In this document: positions 1-13,400 of the stretch, one piece after another
Layout: each line of letters starts with the position of its first letter
How positions within the stretch are numbered: position 1 is the first letter of the stretch
Source of the DNA: Dipteris shenzhenensis
Taxonomy: Eukaryota
Assembly: GCA_047967505.1 (NCBI GenBank)
Contig: CM106538.1
Reading direction: 5' to 3' (one strand)
DNA: 64,000 nucleotides
Program-made: the position numbers and the translations under genes
Notes under the pieces: generated by a model
Told to the model about the DNA's origin: nothing
Seen by the model: only the letters and a program-made list of their open reading frames with translations
Databases searched by the model: none

Positions 1-2
1 GA

Positions 3-596
3 CCATCTCCGGTGTTTCACAGAGATGATGCAGAAATGCCTGCTAGAGCTCCATGGGTCCCTCAGCATGTATTTGATATTTTAAGTGCACTAGTTCTCAC
101 TATTCATTACATGCACTAACACAATGTCCCGCATAATGATTTGCATGCGCAAAACATTATGCTACACTTCTTGGAGTCATTTGAGGAGGTGTATTTGGGC
201 ATTTGTGATTGGGGAATGATGACCCCATGCAGCACTAAAAAGCACTATCCCGCATTACTCAGTGACAGCCCCAACACTATGCGAAGCTCCATTGCTAGGT
301 TTCATCATGTTGCTCCAGAGTGCCTTTGCACCAATCCCCCACCTTTCGATGTTGCATAGGATGTGTATGCCATGTCTCATCACATCTTGAAAATCTTGGA
401 CATTTGTGCACCATCGCCAAGTACGGGGCCCGCAGAAGCTCTAATCGGGCATGTACGATGATTTGCAATTCAAGGAAAGTCAATCGAACCGAATAGATGT
501 CCGAGTACTGCAGATTTTTATGGGATTTTTGACATTGCTCCAAGATGTGGTATACAGCTCAGTCCAAACCAAGGACTTAGAGCAGCCAATGACTGA
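3..596 (+). pseudogene. Protein kinase catalytic domain, C-terminal lobe; pseudogene with in-frame stops, 5' part outside the window
   Basis: One frame reads ...IHYMH*HNVPHNDLHAQNIMLHF...LGICDWG...HVAPECL...DVA*DVYAMS...EPNRCPS. This gives the HxDxxxxN catalytic loop, a DFG-equivalent (DWG), APE, and subdomain IX and XI-like motifs in the correct order. Stops include 117-119 and 357-359. Confidence 0.8.
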
Positions 597-699
597 GTCT
601 TTCTTGGACGCCAAGATGTAACATGAGTCAATCATGGAACTTGTAACATTTTTAGTTTTATATATCATCCACTCTATTGTTCAAACAGTTTGTATATTT

Positions 700-970
700 A
701 CAATGACATGATAAATGATGCGATAAGTAATATTTAAATATTGTTTGTATAAGTAAATGATGCAATAAAAATGATGATCCAATTGTCAAATATGATAAAT
801 GGTGCAATAATTAATGTTTAAATATTATTTGTATAACTGAATGTTGTGATAAAAATGATGGTCCAATTTTAAAATATGATAAATGATGCGACAATAAATA
901 TCTAGGTATTATTTGTATAGGTTTAATATTATTTAATTGTTTAATATTGTTTAAATATTTAATATTATTT
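700..970. repeat. AT-rich degenerate tandem repeat
   Basis: Recurrent atgataaatgatgc...aatattgtttgtata blocks near 708, 793 and 876. Confidence 0.6.
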
Positions 971-1529
971 GTGGTTACAAATTGATTTTATCTTGTTGTC
1001 ATTTTTTAGGCTAAGTATGAGCATGGAGGGAGATAACTTAGAGAACATTCTCTCACAAGATCCTCCCTAACCAGAGCAACCTCCAGTCCAAGAGGGCCCA
1101 CAAGGTGTTTTTGTGCCTCAAGAGGCTGATTTAGCAGACCAACTAAATCACGCTGATGCTCAGGCTATCTTACAAGTGCAAAGAGAGATGCTGGGCAAAG
1201 AGGGACTAGGTATTTTTGCTGCTGGTCCAGTGGATGACGATACCATGCAAGGCGACAACACATATGCTTTGAAAAACACGTTCAAGCATGCAATATATTA
1301 ATTATCATTCAATCACGCTCTTTTAAAATAATTCACATTCTATTGAAAGAATATTAAATATTCATTCAAAAGAAAGTGTAAGAGTGAGTCAACTCTTCTA
1401 ATAACTTTTAAACTTTCAATTCCTACACTTTAAAACTATGTATTCTTTCACATTCTATTGAAAGAATATTACATATTCATTCAAAGAAAGTGTGAGAATA
1501 CAAACACAATAAAATCATATTTCTCACAT

Positions 1530-2872
1530 GAGGTCTAGGGAGCTCAACGAGAAGATCCTAAAACTCTCACATATAAAAATTCCCACAAAAGATCTAAGGA
1601 ACTCAACAAGGAGATCTTAGAACTTCCACAAACTAATTTAATAATTTCATAGACATGAAAACAAGCCCATTTCTCACAAGAAATCTAAGGAACTCAATAA
1701 GGAGATCCTAAACTCCCACATACAAAAATCTATTCACATGAAATCTAAGAAACTCAACAAGGAGATCCTATAACTCCCACAAAAAAATTTCATAGACACA
1801 AAAACAAGCCCATTTATCATAAGAGATCTAAGGAGCTCACCAAAGAGATCCTAGAACTCCCATGTACAAAATCTATTCACATGAGATCTAAGAAACTCAA
1901 TAAGGAGATCTTAGAACTCCCACAAACAAATTTCATAGACACAAAAACAAGCCCCTTTATCACAAGAGATCTAAGGAACTCACCAAAGAGATCCTAGACC
2001 TCCCACATACAAAAATCTATTCACATGAGATCTAAGAAACTCAACAAGGAGATCTTAGAACTCCCACAAACAATTTAATAGACACAAAAACAAGCCAATT
2101 TATCACAAGAGATCTAACGAACTCACCAAAGAGATCCTAGAACTCCCACGTACAAAAATCTATTCACATGAGATCTAAGAAACTCAGAACTCCCACAAAC
2201 AAATTTTCATAGACACAAAAACAAGCTCATTTATCACAAGAGATTTAAGGAACTCACCAAAGAGATCCTACAACTCCCACGTACAAAAATCTATTCACAT
2301 GAGATGTAAGAAACTCAACAAGGAGATCTTAGAACTCCCACAAACAAATTTCATAGACACAAAAACAAGCTCATTTATCACAAGAGATCTAAGGAACTCA
2401 CCAAAGAGATCCTAGAACTCCCACGTACAAAAATCTATTCACATGAGATCTAAGAAACTTAACAAGGAGATCTTAGAACTTCCACAAAAAAATTTCATAA
2501 ACATAAAAACAAACATATTTCTCACAAGAGATCTAAGGAACTCAACAAGGAGATCCTCAAACTCTCACAAAAAAATTTATCTCACAAGAGCTCTAAGGAA
2601 CTCAACAAGGAGATCCTAGAACTTCCACAAACAAATTTCAACACATCAATATCTAAATTATTTTTATCACAAGAGATTGAAGGAACTCAATAAAGAGAAC
2701 CTACAATCCCACAAACAAATTTCAAACACATAAATCTAAAATATTTTTATCACAAGAGATCAAAGGTACTCAATAAAGAGAACCTAGAACTCCAACAAAC
2801 AAAAGAAAAGACCAAAACCAAAATCCAAACAAGAGATCTTAGGAACTCAGAATGAGATCCTAAAGCTCCCTA
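1530..2872. repeat. Higher-order tandem array of ~19 imperfect-palindrome units (GAGATCTAAGRAACTC-N6-GAGATCYTAGAACTC) with two alternating A-rich linkers
   Basis: Unit starts near 1530, 1590, 1680, 1740, 1823, 1883, 1966, 2027, 2109, 2170 (internally deleted), 2240, 2301, 2384, 2445, 2528, 2588, 2673, 2756 and 2833. Spacing mostly alternates ~60/~83 bp, giving a ~143 bp dimer. Confidence 0.9.
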
Positions 2873-3029
2873 ACAAAAATCTATCTTATTTCAGACCTTT
2901 TAGATTGCTTTCACTACCTTAAAGATTGTTCTCCTTCTTATCCTTTTTAGATCTCTTATGCTCGGCTGAGGAACCAAGCGTGAGATAAGAAAAATTGGTA
3001 GACAATGAGATTATATGCAAAATCGAAGG

Positions 3030-3230
3030 AATGTATTCGTCCTAATACAAGTTTATTTGTACGAATACTTTATTCGTACGAATGATTATTCATACGAATA
3101 TGTTGTGATGACATGTTGATTTATATAAAAAACGTGACATGTCACCGTTTTTTAAATTGATTTTTTCTTCCATTTGAATCATTTGAGCGATTTTCTCAAA
3201 TTTTTTGAATCATGAATTTGAATTTTTCTA
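3030..3230. repeat. Cluster of short inverted motifs (TATTCGTA/TACGAATA) and a palindrome; possible DNA-transposon subterminal region
   Basis: Repeated tattcgt/acgaata at 3034-3100; near-palindrome aaaaaacgtgacatgtcaccgtttttt at ~3127-3153. Confidence 0.4.
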
Positions 3231-3289
3231 CTTAGGCAGGCATGGCCCCTAAGCGATTTGTGACACCTGCTTGGAAAAGTACACGACAA

Positions 3290-6200
3290 CTCCCAGCTGC
3301 AAAGAAGATTGTCGACATACCCAATCCGTGAATCCAATGATGAGCCTCCTCTCCCACCATAGAAAAAACTAATGCTCACAACAAGCTTTGCTAATTTTAA
3401 GGTGTCCTTGGACTTGACAAAGCATCAGAAGTGGTTGAAAAGATTGGCCTATTGCAGTATGCAAGTCTACCCTAGGCATCCTAGAAAGCTTCCCCACAGT
3501 CTCTCGCATAGTATGAAAGCTTCCAAAATAGAGTGAAGGTATGCTAACTAGCAATCTCATGCTTTCCCTGGAGATTATAGCACAAGTTTTTTAGCTCCCA
3601 ATTATAAATGAGGAGGTGGTCTACAAAAAAGATGTGGACTCTGACATGCCAAAGGAGTTCGGCCCTCGGAAAATGCAGAAAAACTACTTCATCAACAACG
3701 TCCAAGATTTGAGGAGATGCCAACAATTCGTGTGGTATCTTGAGCGGATACAACTGCTTGTCAAGACCAACACTATGAGCCGAGACTCCTATGCCACACT
3801 CAATGTAGCTGAGAAGGGGACTAAGATTTTGTGGGCTCATCTCCTACACTCTCGACTGATGAGTGAAATCGCCAAGAAAGACTTAAGTGCCTCCAACTCG
3901 CATTCAAAGATTGGGCCTTTCATTGCAGCCCTATTCGAATTTGCCAATCAAATGGAGGCAAAGGGCCCAGAGATAGTTCAACAATCCAGTGTAGAGCACA
4001 ACAAAGGAAAGCAAGCGCAAACACCCCAGGAGAACAAGGGAAAGAAAGACATGATGAAAGACCTGCAAGACGCCCATTACTCATCAAAACAAGCATCTAT
4101 GGCAGTCTATGGCCAATCCTTGGTGGAGCAACTCTAGGATACACCCCTTGTAGGGGAAGAGTTTCTAGCCTCACCATTCGATCAAGCTCAATCTTCAGTC
4201 TAAGTCTATGCTTCCAAATCCTGAGAGCTGGAGCAAACTGGAGGACAGCATTGCTAGGATTCTACTAAAAACACCTCCCAGGAGATGTTTCAAACAATTT
4301 TCCCCTATTCACAGCATGGATGACCTGTTGACATCACCAACACAAAAGCAAAAGGTTCTACCTACAAAAGGAGTACAGGATAGCAGAGACCAGAGCATGC
4401 ACTGAAAGTTTTACAGCACTATGTTGATGAACAGAGGACAATTCAGGTGCAGCTGAGATAGAGAGTACAAGAATTAACTGAAGATAAGAGAGCTAGCCAT
4501 GAGTACATGCTAAAGCAGGCCAACCTGCAAAAGAAGCTACATGCTACACAGTTAGATCTCGAGGAGGTCAAAAGAGAGTATGCACATTACAGAATGGATG
4601 CGTCAATTTTACGAGCAAAAACCTAAGAGCAGGTTTATACGAGCGTGTTTTTCAAGAGATTTTAAAAATAGTATTTCTTTAGAAAACATGGTTTTTACAC
4701 TTTTATCTTTATTAGAACTAGATCCCTTTATCATAAAATTATACAGACTAGTCACTCATTCATTTCTACATAACATAAATCTTCTTATTCATAGACATCC
4801 GTTTGTACCCTTGTTATTACCTTAAAAAAGTATTGAAAAATAATTCATTTAAGAAACGTCCCTCATAATCACTCTCAATATCATAATATTATACATAAAT
4901 AATTACTTATTAAACACATTTATATCATATGTCAATATCTTTCAAGTGTTTTTATAGTATTAATAACAAGATATTTATGGACATGTTTCTACCGAAGTTT
5001 AAATTACTATAAATAAGTATTAACTTGGGCTTATATATCACTCTCATAAAATACATGTAATATTTAATACTATATATGCAAGGTTTTCCAAAATATAACC
5101 CCATAGATGTGCTCAAATGGGGTTTTTCGATCAATTTGAGTGGCTGAATGACTATATTTGGACATTGGATGTGAAAGTTATGTCACTTTTAAAAGTGCTG
5201 TCCAAGGTAGTTTCGCCAGCGAAACTACCTTGAAAGACCTTGTTCAAAGGGGTTTCGCTGGCAAAACTACTTTGATGGCTTGCTTCAATGAGTTTACTTT
5301 GGAGAAACCCTTTCATGAAGATAGGTTGAGAGAGGTTTTTCAATGTCACCCCCTATTAAGTAAAAAGTTGTAAGAAGGATCATAAGGGAATTTTCATAGA
5401 GAAGTCTACTCTACATGTGGGTTTCTTCAAAAGCCATCCCATTATGTTCTCACCATTCCAAAAGATTCACATAAATATTCGTGTATAAAATAGGCATTCC
5501 TATAATACTTTTCATATTTCTAAGTGAAACTATGTTTTCTTATGATCCATTTTTGTCATATTTTTGCATAGTTGGAAGCTTTTTTTTTCCTTCGCTCGGA
5601 CGCTCGCAAGATTTCGCTCGAAAAATGCTCGTCCCCATTACAGAACCATGCAGGAGAAAAATGTCTCCAAGCTCACTGCACAAGTGTGAGTCCAAAAAGA
5701 ATGCTTACCTACTATCACGAATTGGCTAGAAGAAATGAAGGCAAAGTTTTTCCTATAGTTGGATTGAATGGGTGCTGCCCATTCTGATTTAAACATTGAA
5801 GATCTGTTACTCAAAGAACGGATTAATGCTTTAGAAGGAGTTGACCAAAAACTCAGGGAAATGGTAGAGGAGGTTGATAGTATTTTCTTAAGCTCCTTTG
5901 ATCTGACCAAATTGAAGACGCAGCTAGTCCAAGTGCCTCAAGAACTGTGGTTAAATCTTAAGAACCGCTTGTTTGTCATTGCACAGTGAACATATGAGGA
6001 ATTTGCCTCTGCTGCCTATGCCTATCAAATTATGGCCCAAGAATTGGAAGCCCTTAGAGATGCAGCTCAGAATGCTAAACACAATCAGATGCAAGTGGAT
6101 GGTGACATATATATTTTTGAGTATAGAGCCTAGGAAACCAGATGAAACAGCAAGGCCAGTATACACAATTGTTTGTTGAACATGCTCCTTTGAAAGATAA

Positions 6201-6545
6201 CAAATGTCAAGATACAGAGTTCATTGCTCTCCCGAACCAGGCCTTAGCCCCTACTGCAGATTTTGGAGAAGCAAAGACCAAAATGCAAGAGGAACCAGAG
6301 CTGCATGATAGCTACAAGGAAGACACAGAGGAAGCAGATCCCATTGTTGCCAAGGCAGTAGTCATTGATCTAAACTCAACACGTACTATCGAGGTCTGCC
6401 TGATGAACTATTTCCACCAGTAAGGGTTCATGTCTTCCACTTTTTGGCAAAAGTTTTACCACTGGGAGTGCCAGGTGTTGAGGGTGACCTCTCCACCCAT
6501 GTGTGCTTCACCCAAGAAGGGTTAGTACACCCATACTAAAGGGAA
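3290..6545 (+). mobile_element. Decayed 3' additional-ORF region of an LTR retrotransposon (probably Gypsy), interrupted by an AT-rich insert at ~4630-5790
   Basis: Fragmented ORFs (3616-4137, and coiled-coil-like pieces at 4400-4620 and 5790-5990). They share motifs with the ORF downstream of the integrase at 28700-29300. Confidence 0.5.
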
Positions 6546-7033
6546 GTTATAGTAGGGAGTAGTGGATAGTTTTGTAACTATAGGGACAATTATAACTATC
6601 CCTAACAGCCGGTAGTAGTGGCCTTATCTACTACCACATCATGTTTTGGACTATTTGATGTTTTTGACTATTACCTGATTAGAGTCAACGGATGATGTTA
6701 TAAGCTCATCTTCACCTCTTGTATGGGTGGTGTTGTTGTGATCTGCTGGAATACAAACTACTAGTAACATTTCTATTGTATACACAGCAATCTCAGTTCT
6801 TTTGATGTTTTGCATTATCTTTGCATCTTTTCGATGTTAGTCAAACGTAAGTCTGACTTGGCACTACTATTGCTAGGTGTGGATATGTGTGGATGTTTTT
6901 CAGCTTTTTGGAGACATCATTAGCAATGACCCACAACTTAAGATGAGGAAATGCACATTTATGTACAAGATCATAAGTTGTACTCTTTGTAAGCTCCCGC
7001 TACATAGTCATTGTGCTCATACATGCACATACT

Positions 7034-9691
7034 TGACAAAACATGTGTGCCTCAGGATCTATGGAGCACTCTAAGGTGGATGGAACCTATGTGGAAACAT
7101 GATGAAGAGATGCTCATGACATGTATCTCAAGTCAATTAGGTTCCAAGATAGATTAGCTTGGACTCATAAAGAGAATCTTGAGATAGTGCAAAGTGCTTG
7201 ATTGATATTCCTTCAAATGAACCTCCCTTTTATAGGTGAGGGTACTTACATCCATTTGCTTGCTCACATGTGGGATATCTCCTCCATGCCATGTGGCAAC
7301 TTTTCCTTTACTCATACCTTTGCTCTACAAGTGCTCATGGCACCATATCTCAACACCTCCCCTTGGTGCCATAATCCTTTGGCTACTGCAAGGTGGTCAG
7401 ATGTGAGTTACATTCCATCACCTCCCCTTAGTGCATGCATTGCTACTTAAGGTGGTCAAGTGTGGCTTTTACATGTCAATACCTCCCCTAGGTGCTTTCA
7501 TAGCTACTCTCAGGTGGTCAGGTTTGATTACAAAACATAGGCAAGGTTGGCAAGGTTTTGGTTTCTCAATACATTCCATTCATGTCACCTTTTGGCTCAT
7601 GGCTTGATGATGATGGTGTTTGCTTCTTTGCTTGACGTAGCTTCATGCATGATGCTTTGTTCTTCCATGTGCCTTGATGCTTTGTGTGTGGATGCCATGT
7701 TTTCTGCTATGGTCATTTCATGCACTTGTGCTTTTGGCATGCTTTCTACATTCATGCGTTGCTTTTTCATTTGTTGCAAAGGTCTTACCAATTGATTTCT
7801 TTCAATATTGGCAGTGTCTAATTGCTAACAATGATTCTAACATGACAGGCGCATAGAGCTCGAAAAGACGATCACTTTTCCTTTTTGGAGCGTGTCCAAA
7901 TTCTTCCTGGATTGAAGTTACGCCTTGTTGAAGGCTTTGTGAAGAGGAGGAGGCCTTGATGATATGGCATAGGCAATTCATATGCTGCTTGCAGAACTGT
8001 GCTTGGCAAGGGGCCCTATGCCATGTGGTAGGAACTTAACCTAACGCCAATAACCTAACCATAGTAACTTTACTCTAGCCAGTAACTTAATCCAAGGCCA
8101 TACTTAACCAAGGTCCAAGTCAGTTAACCATGGTTAGTTCCTATCTTTCCACGTGTCTTTTCTGAGACTTTGAAGAAGAGATGGCTCCGTCCGTCGATCT
8201 AATGGCATCGCGTGAGGAGAGGCGCTGGCGCTGTGAGGGATCCGAGAATCGCCGCAACACAAGCTATTGATGTTTTCGTTGATAGAGGCACTGCCCACGT
8301 CGAGTCAATTACCAAGGTGCTGGAACTACTCGTTCAGCTGAGGCGTTGAACTGTGTGGAGGTTGGCTTTGTCATTGGGGAGTTGCTGCTCTCCAGAGTGG
8401 CTTTGTTGATGAAGGCAGTTGAAGTACATTTCTCTTTCCATCGATAGAAGGCTAGGGAGCTTGGAGTGACCGGCTGACCATGCTATTAAGGCGTATCCGC
8501 AATTGTACAGCCTGTAGAGAGTCGTAGATGCTGCTTCAGATTTGCTGCTCATGTAGCTCGTGGCATCGCTAGCTGCACTGCACTATGGCGGTGGACTGTG
8601 TTGAAGCTTTGGAGCTTATTAGCGCTGTAGAATCTCTTGCATCTGCATAGGAGGTGAGTGCACTTAGTCAGTCGGTGGAGAGGCTTGGGCAGCCGATGGA
8701 GAGGTTATGGCACAGTGCTTTCATGGCTTTGAGGGTGCTGCTCATCAGTCGCGTTGGAGATAGGTTGCTAGGTCTTGTTGAGCCATAGGTTATTCATGAA
8801 GTTCATAGAGGTAGGCTACTACAGTCTGGGCGATGCTAAGTTGTTTGGAAGTAGCTTAGGAGCTCGCTCGCGTTAGAGCGCATTGGTGATGGAAGTCACG
8901 TGGGCGTTAGAGATCGCCTCAAGTCATTTGTAGACTGGCTATTTGTGGAGGCACCTTGAGATCTAGCCGTCATTTGGTGAGGCTGCTTGCTGGAGTCTGC
9001 GTTGGCTTTTGATGTTGGATGGCTTGCTTGAGGCTAGATGCAAGCTCTAATCTCTCAAGACTTGTAGATGGTCCTTTCTCTTTTTCTCTCAATGAACTCT
9101 CCCTATATCTGAGCTTTGAAAGTTCTCTCACTCTTCTCTCAATAATGAAAACAATCAAAATCTATCTCACTCTCACATGGATGGAAATCTCACAGTGGCG
9201 GAAACTTTATCTCAAAGTCTCTCAAGGACGGAATTCCCTCAATGCAATGGAAGGAATCAATGGATGGAATTTTCTCAATCTAAAACTAAAACTAACCTAG
9301 GAGAAAACATGTGCTCCTATGGTAAGCCTACAACTAATCTAGGAAACTAGACCTAAGCTCTGATACCATGACAAAACATGTGTGCCTCAGGATCTATGGA
9401 GCACTCTAAGGTGGATGGAACCTGTGTGGAAACATGATGAAGAGAGTGCTCATGACATGTATCTCAAGTCAATTAGGTTCCAAGATAGATTAGCTTGGAC
9501 TCATAAAGAGAATCTTGAGATAGTGCAAAGTGCTTGATTGATATTCCTTCAAATGAACCTCCCTTTTATAGGTGAGGGTACTTACATCCATTTGCTTGCT
9601 CACATGTGGGATATCTCCTCCATGCCATGTGGCAACTTTTCCTTTACTCATACCTTTGCTCTACAAGTGCTCATGGCACCATATCTCAACA
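7034..9691 (-). mobile_element. Young non-autonomous LTR retrotransposon (~2.66 kb)
   Basis: Near-identical LTRs at 7034-7355 and 9369-9691 (TG...CA; one substitution and one indel seen). 5-bp TSD ATACT at 7029-7033 and 9692-9696. PBS TGGTATCAGAGC (tRNA-iMet) on minus at 9357-9368, PPT on minus at ~7356-7366. No recognisable gag or pol inside. Confidence 0.93.
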
Positions 9692-9946
9692 ATACTACTC
9701 TAATTCTTTCTAGTTTTCTTTTTTAGTTTTTGATGCTATCATCTGCACCAAATGAAACACAAAAATGTCTTATACATGGACCGTCTACTTACCTAGTACA
9801 ATTTAAGAGGGGATTTTGAGGATGGTGTAAATTGCACCATACCTCTAGGGCATTAGGGGCAAACCCTAAACCTAAGGGGTTCATGTGTATATATTCATGT
9901 TTATGTTCAATGGAACATAGTGTACAGGTAGCTATTATCATGTGCA

Positions 9947-9949
<3 letters not shown>

Positions 9950-10016
<67 letters not shown>
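9950..10016. repeat. (CT)n microsatellite
   Basis: Directly visible. Confidence 0.95.
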
Positions 10017-10018
<2 letters not shown>

Positions 10019-10034
10019 CCCCTCTCTCGCTTCT

Positions 10035-10449
10035 ACTATCATCAACATACCATCCACAAGTAGATGGATAGGCAGAAAGTTTTAACAAACTTATGAAGCA
10101 GATTCCAAAGTTAACAATTTTGGAAAACAGAATGGATTGGGACATAAAAACTAGATTTGACATTGTGGGCATTCCAAATAACATTCAAATTAAGCATTGG
10201 AATGACACCTTTCGACTAGTTTATGAAGTTGAGGTGGTAATGCCTAGGGAATTTGTGACCAGTAGTTAACGAGTCTTAGTAGAAAAGCTAAGTCTGGAGA
10301 CTCAGTGGAATTCAGACGACAATAATTAAATCAATTGGAAGAAGATCGACTTGAAAGTTAGCATACTGCACAAGTCATCCAAGACTACAAAAAAGATTGG
10401 GTTGATAGAGATATCAAATTTAGATTGCTAAGAAAAGGAGATTGGGTAC
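10035..10449 (+). pseudogene. Gypsy integrase core/C-terminal remnant (host element B, part 1)
   Basis: STYHPQVDG*AESFNK...WD..LD..LWAF...GMTPFRLVY..EVVMP.EF...KGDWVL. The reading resumes after a nested insertion at ~19017. Confidence 0.75.
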
Positions 10450-13400
10450 TGTAATGCCAAAAACTGATAATTTTTTATTTGGCATTGGTATTGTTTTTCT
10501 CTATGTTTGATAAGAGTTTGAATTTCAAGTGATAGCCTAGCGGCTCTCACTTATTTCTATTTTCTAAGATATTGTATGGAATTGAGAGCATGAGTGGAAT
10601 GGATCATTGTAAATACCATGTGTATGAATTATAAATACCTTGGTATGGGGTGAGAGTTATTTGTGTATGGGATATTATCAGGTTTTTTAGAAAATAGGAA
10701 GAGTGGGTCATATAAAGATGTCCATGTGTTCCAATGATATAAGAGAGATCACATGCCAAGCATGTGGAGGAGTGTGGAGTCAAGAGGAATCATATCTTCA
10801 TGTGTTGCGAAATATTACTTCTACTTCATAGATGCTGGAGAGAGCACAAACCATATGTGGTTCTTTCCATTCTCCCATAAGAACTTTAAAATGAATCAAA
10901 GTGGAGATAATTTTAGAGTCTGGAAAGCTTGTTGAATTCAAGGGAGCCTTTCATGCAAAGACCTCTTAGTTGATGACACAATGTGGGATAAGCCACAACT
11001 CTTCTTTATCAATGAAACATCAAGTGCTGATGTTTGTCACCTCATTGATAGAATATTATGTACCACCATTGGTAAAGCATGATTATGTAATAGTGACTTT
11101 GGAAGGAGAAGACGACATGGCTTGAGTACCATGAGTCACTCCATTATTACTTCTCTTTGGCACAAACCGGCTTGCTCAGATTATGGCCTCTGTTGATCTT
11201 TTCCTTCTCCCTATGCTTGAGTACAACATCACTTGCAATGTTACCATCTTCATTCTCATCTAAGGGAGGAAAGTATGGTGTGGTATCTTGGCATAAAAGC
11301 TTCTTTTTAATGTCCCTTTCTCAATGATAAATATCTTTGTCACTCAGTTCAAAAGCAGTGGGAAGTAAAGAGGTGCATGAAGTTTATTACCCCCAACTTC
11401 ATGTCACATCAAACGTTTGGTATTGGATTCATCCCACCTTACTAAATGGTCTCATGTGTACTTTATTGCATGTTATGTCTAGTATAGGCATGTGTTTTCT
11501 GATGTGATAAAGAAGATGCTTGGAAAAACTCTGTTAGAAGAGATTGCAACCTGTTTAAGAGAACTAGAAGATTATGAAGGTAATGCTCAAGCTATTCGCA
11601 CGGTCATCATGATCATATCCTTTATGTTTGCACTCTTGAATATGTTGGCAAATCAACAATGCCATCAGCACGCACAATGATAGATTGGGGATTATTTTAT
11701 GCACTGACAGCTTGGTGTGAAGAAGAGTTGAGTCTTTGGGTAGATTTTGACGATAGCAGTGGAGTGGTGATTATCAATGCTTTCAACTTCTTTTGCTATG
11801 AAAATGATGAAGAGTACAATATCTTGAAGCTATTATGTGCACTACCAAGTGTGAGAAGGGTGATTCTTAAATGGATGTATACACAATGTTTTCATGGTGC
11901 TGGTTGGTCACTTTTTTTTGAAGATTTTATTGAGGATCACATTGTGGTGTGTTTTCAACAAGTGGTTCTGCATAATAAGTTGGTCTTGGTATACTAAGGC
12001 TCTGTGGGATCTTGTTTGGATCTTGTTTGGGATATTATTTGGATCTTGGTGTTTCCTTTTTGTGTTTCGTCATGGTAAAGATTCCAGTGTTTTGAGGGAC
12101 CCAAGGGGAAGACCTGGAGTCTTATCTTTGGGATTTTGTTCAAGGATGTCAGCTTTTTGGATGGTCCATGAAGGATCGAGCAGAGATTTTGCCTAATTTT
12201 CTTGAAGGTGTAGCCTTGAGTTGGCATGAGGCCTTGTCGGACTCTACCGAGGAGGACTGGGACCAAGTGGTGGCTGCAATGAAGTAGAGATTTGGGGCAG
12301 TGGAGTCACCAAATTCTTTGATGTTACAGTTGGACCGGTTCTATCAAGGAGAGGGTGAGATGGTCTCTATGTTGGCAATCTGATATGAAACTCTATGGAC
12401 AAAGTATGAAAGGGCAACTTTGCGAGCTATGGCATATGCATCATCGGCCCCTCAAAGTCTTATAGGGATGGAGCACTTAAAGATGAGCGAATTTGTTATA
12501 GCTTTGGAGCCTCATCTTCGCTCAAAAGTAATGAGTAACGATCCAACAACATACATGGAGGCACTTCACATTGCGACCAAGAAAGAAGCTTCTCTAAAGA
12601 TCGAATCCTCTTTTGTGTCTTCAACAGCTTCAACTTCTAAGGGGAGGTAATGGGCACTCCTCAAGTACCAAAGTCCTCTGAGTTGATCATAATATCTCCC
12701 AATTGATGGCAGAGTTTATTGCATTTGGTTAATGCATGACAACCTAGAGCACCAAAGAGTGAGGATAGGCCTCGAGATAACAGTGGGGTCACTTGCTATG
12801 AATGTAATGAAAAAGGTCATTATCGCCCTGACTGTCCTAGATTGAGAAAGAAAGAAGAAAAACAAGTATCCTTGTTAGAAGCTTCTTTAGGGGATGAGGA
12901 AAGAGAGGTAATGATGGCTAAACGGGGGCGTGGTAAAGCAAAAGAAGAAGAAGAAAGCAAGGAAGAAGTAGATGAGGAACATCAGGAAGAGGAATGCCAT
13001 AGTAAGAAAAAGAAGGCATCTAGAAGGAGAATTAGCCAATCAAATTTTCCTTTAGGCCAAGGCATTGGAAGCTATGACTTGTTGTCTGACCTTAAAGAAA
13101 AGGAAGCTCATATCACCTTTGGTCAATTACTTGCTTTGTCTCCAAAACTACGGAAAGAATGGGGAAAGCTAGCAAGCACAAGAGTGTCAAAGAAGAAAAG
13201 TGCCATTCCTATTGTTCAAAATGTAGATATAGAGGTTCATGATGATGTACCTGTGGTTGATGTGATCATTGATGGTCAAGTGATTTCTAATCTTTACATT
13301 GATGGAGGTGCATCGATTAATGTCATGAGTGAGAAGACCATGATAGATGCTGATTTAAAATACTCTAGTACTACCTCTCCCTATCGCATCAAATTGGCTA

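Noticed and set aside
3-596. Stop codons repaired by U-to-C editing
   Set aside because: That editing is organellar. This is nuclear repeat DNA, where C>T decay explains the stops.
1530-2872. CRISPR array
   Set aside because: The linkers are two recurring related sequences rather than unique spacers, there are no cas genes, and the context is eukaryotic.
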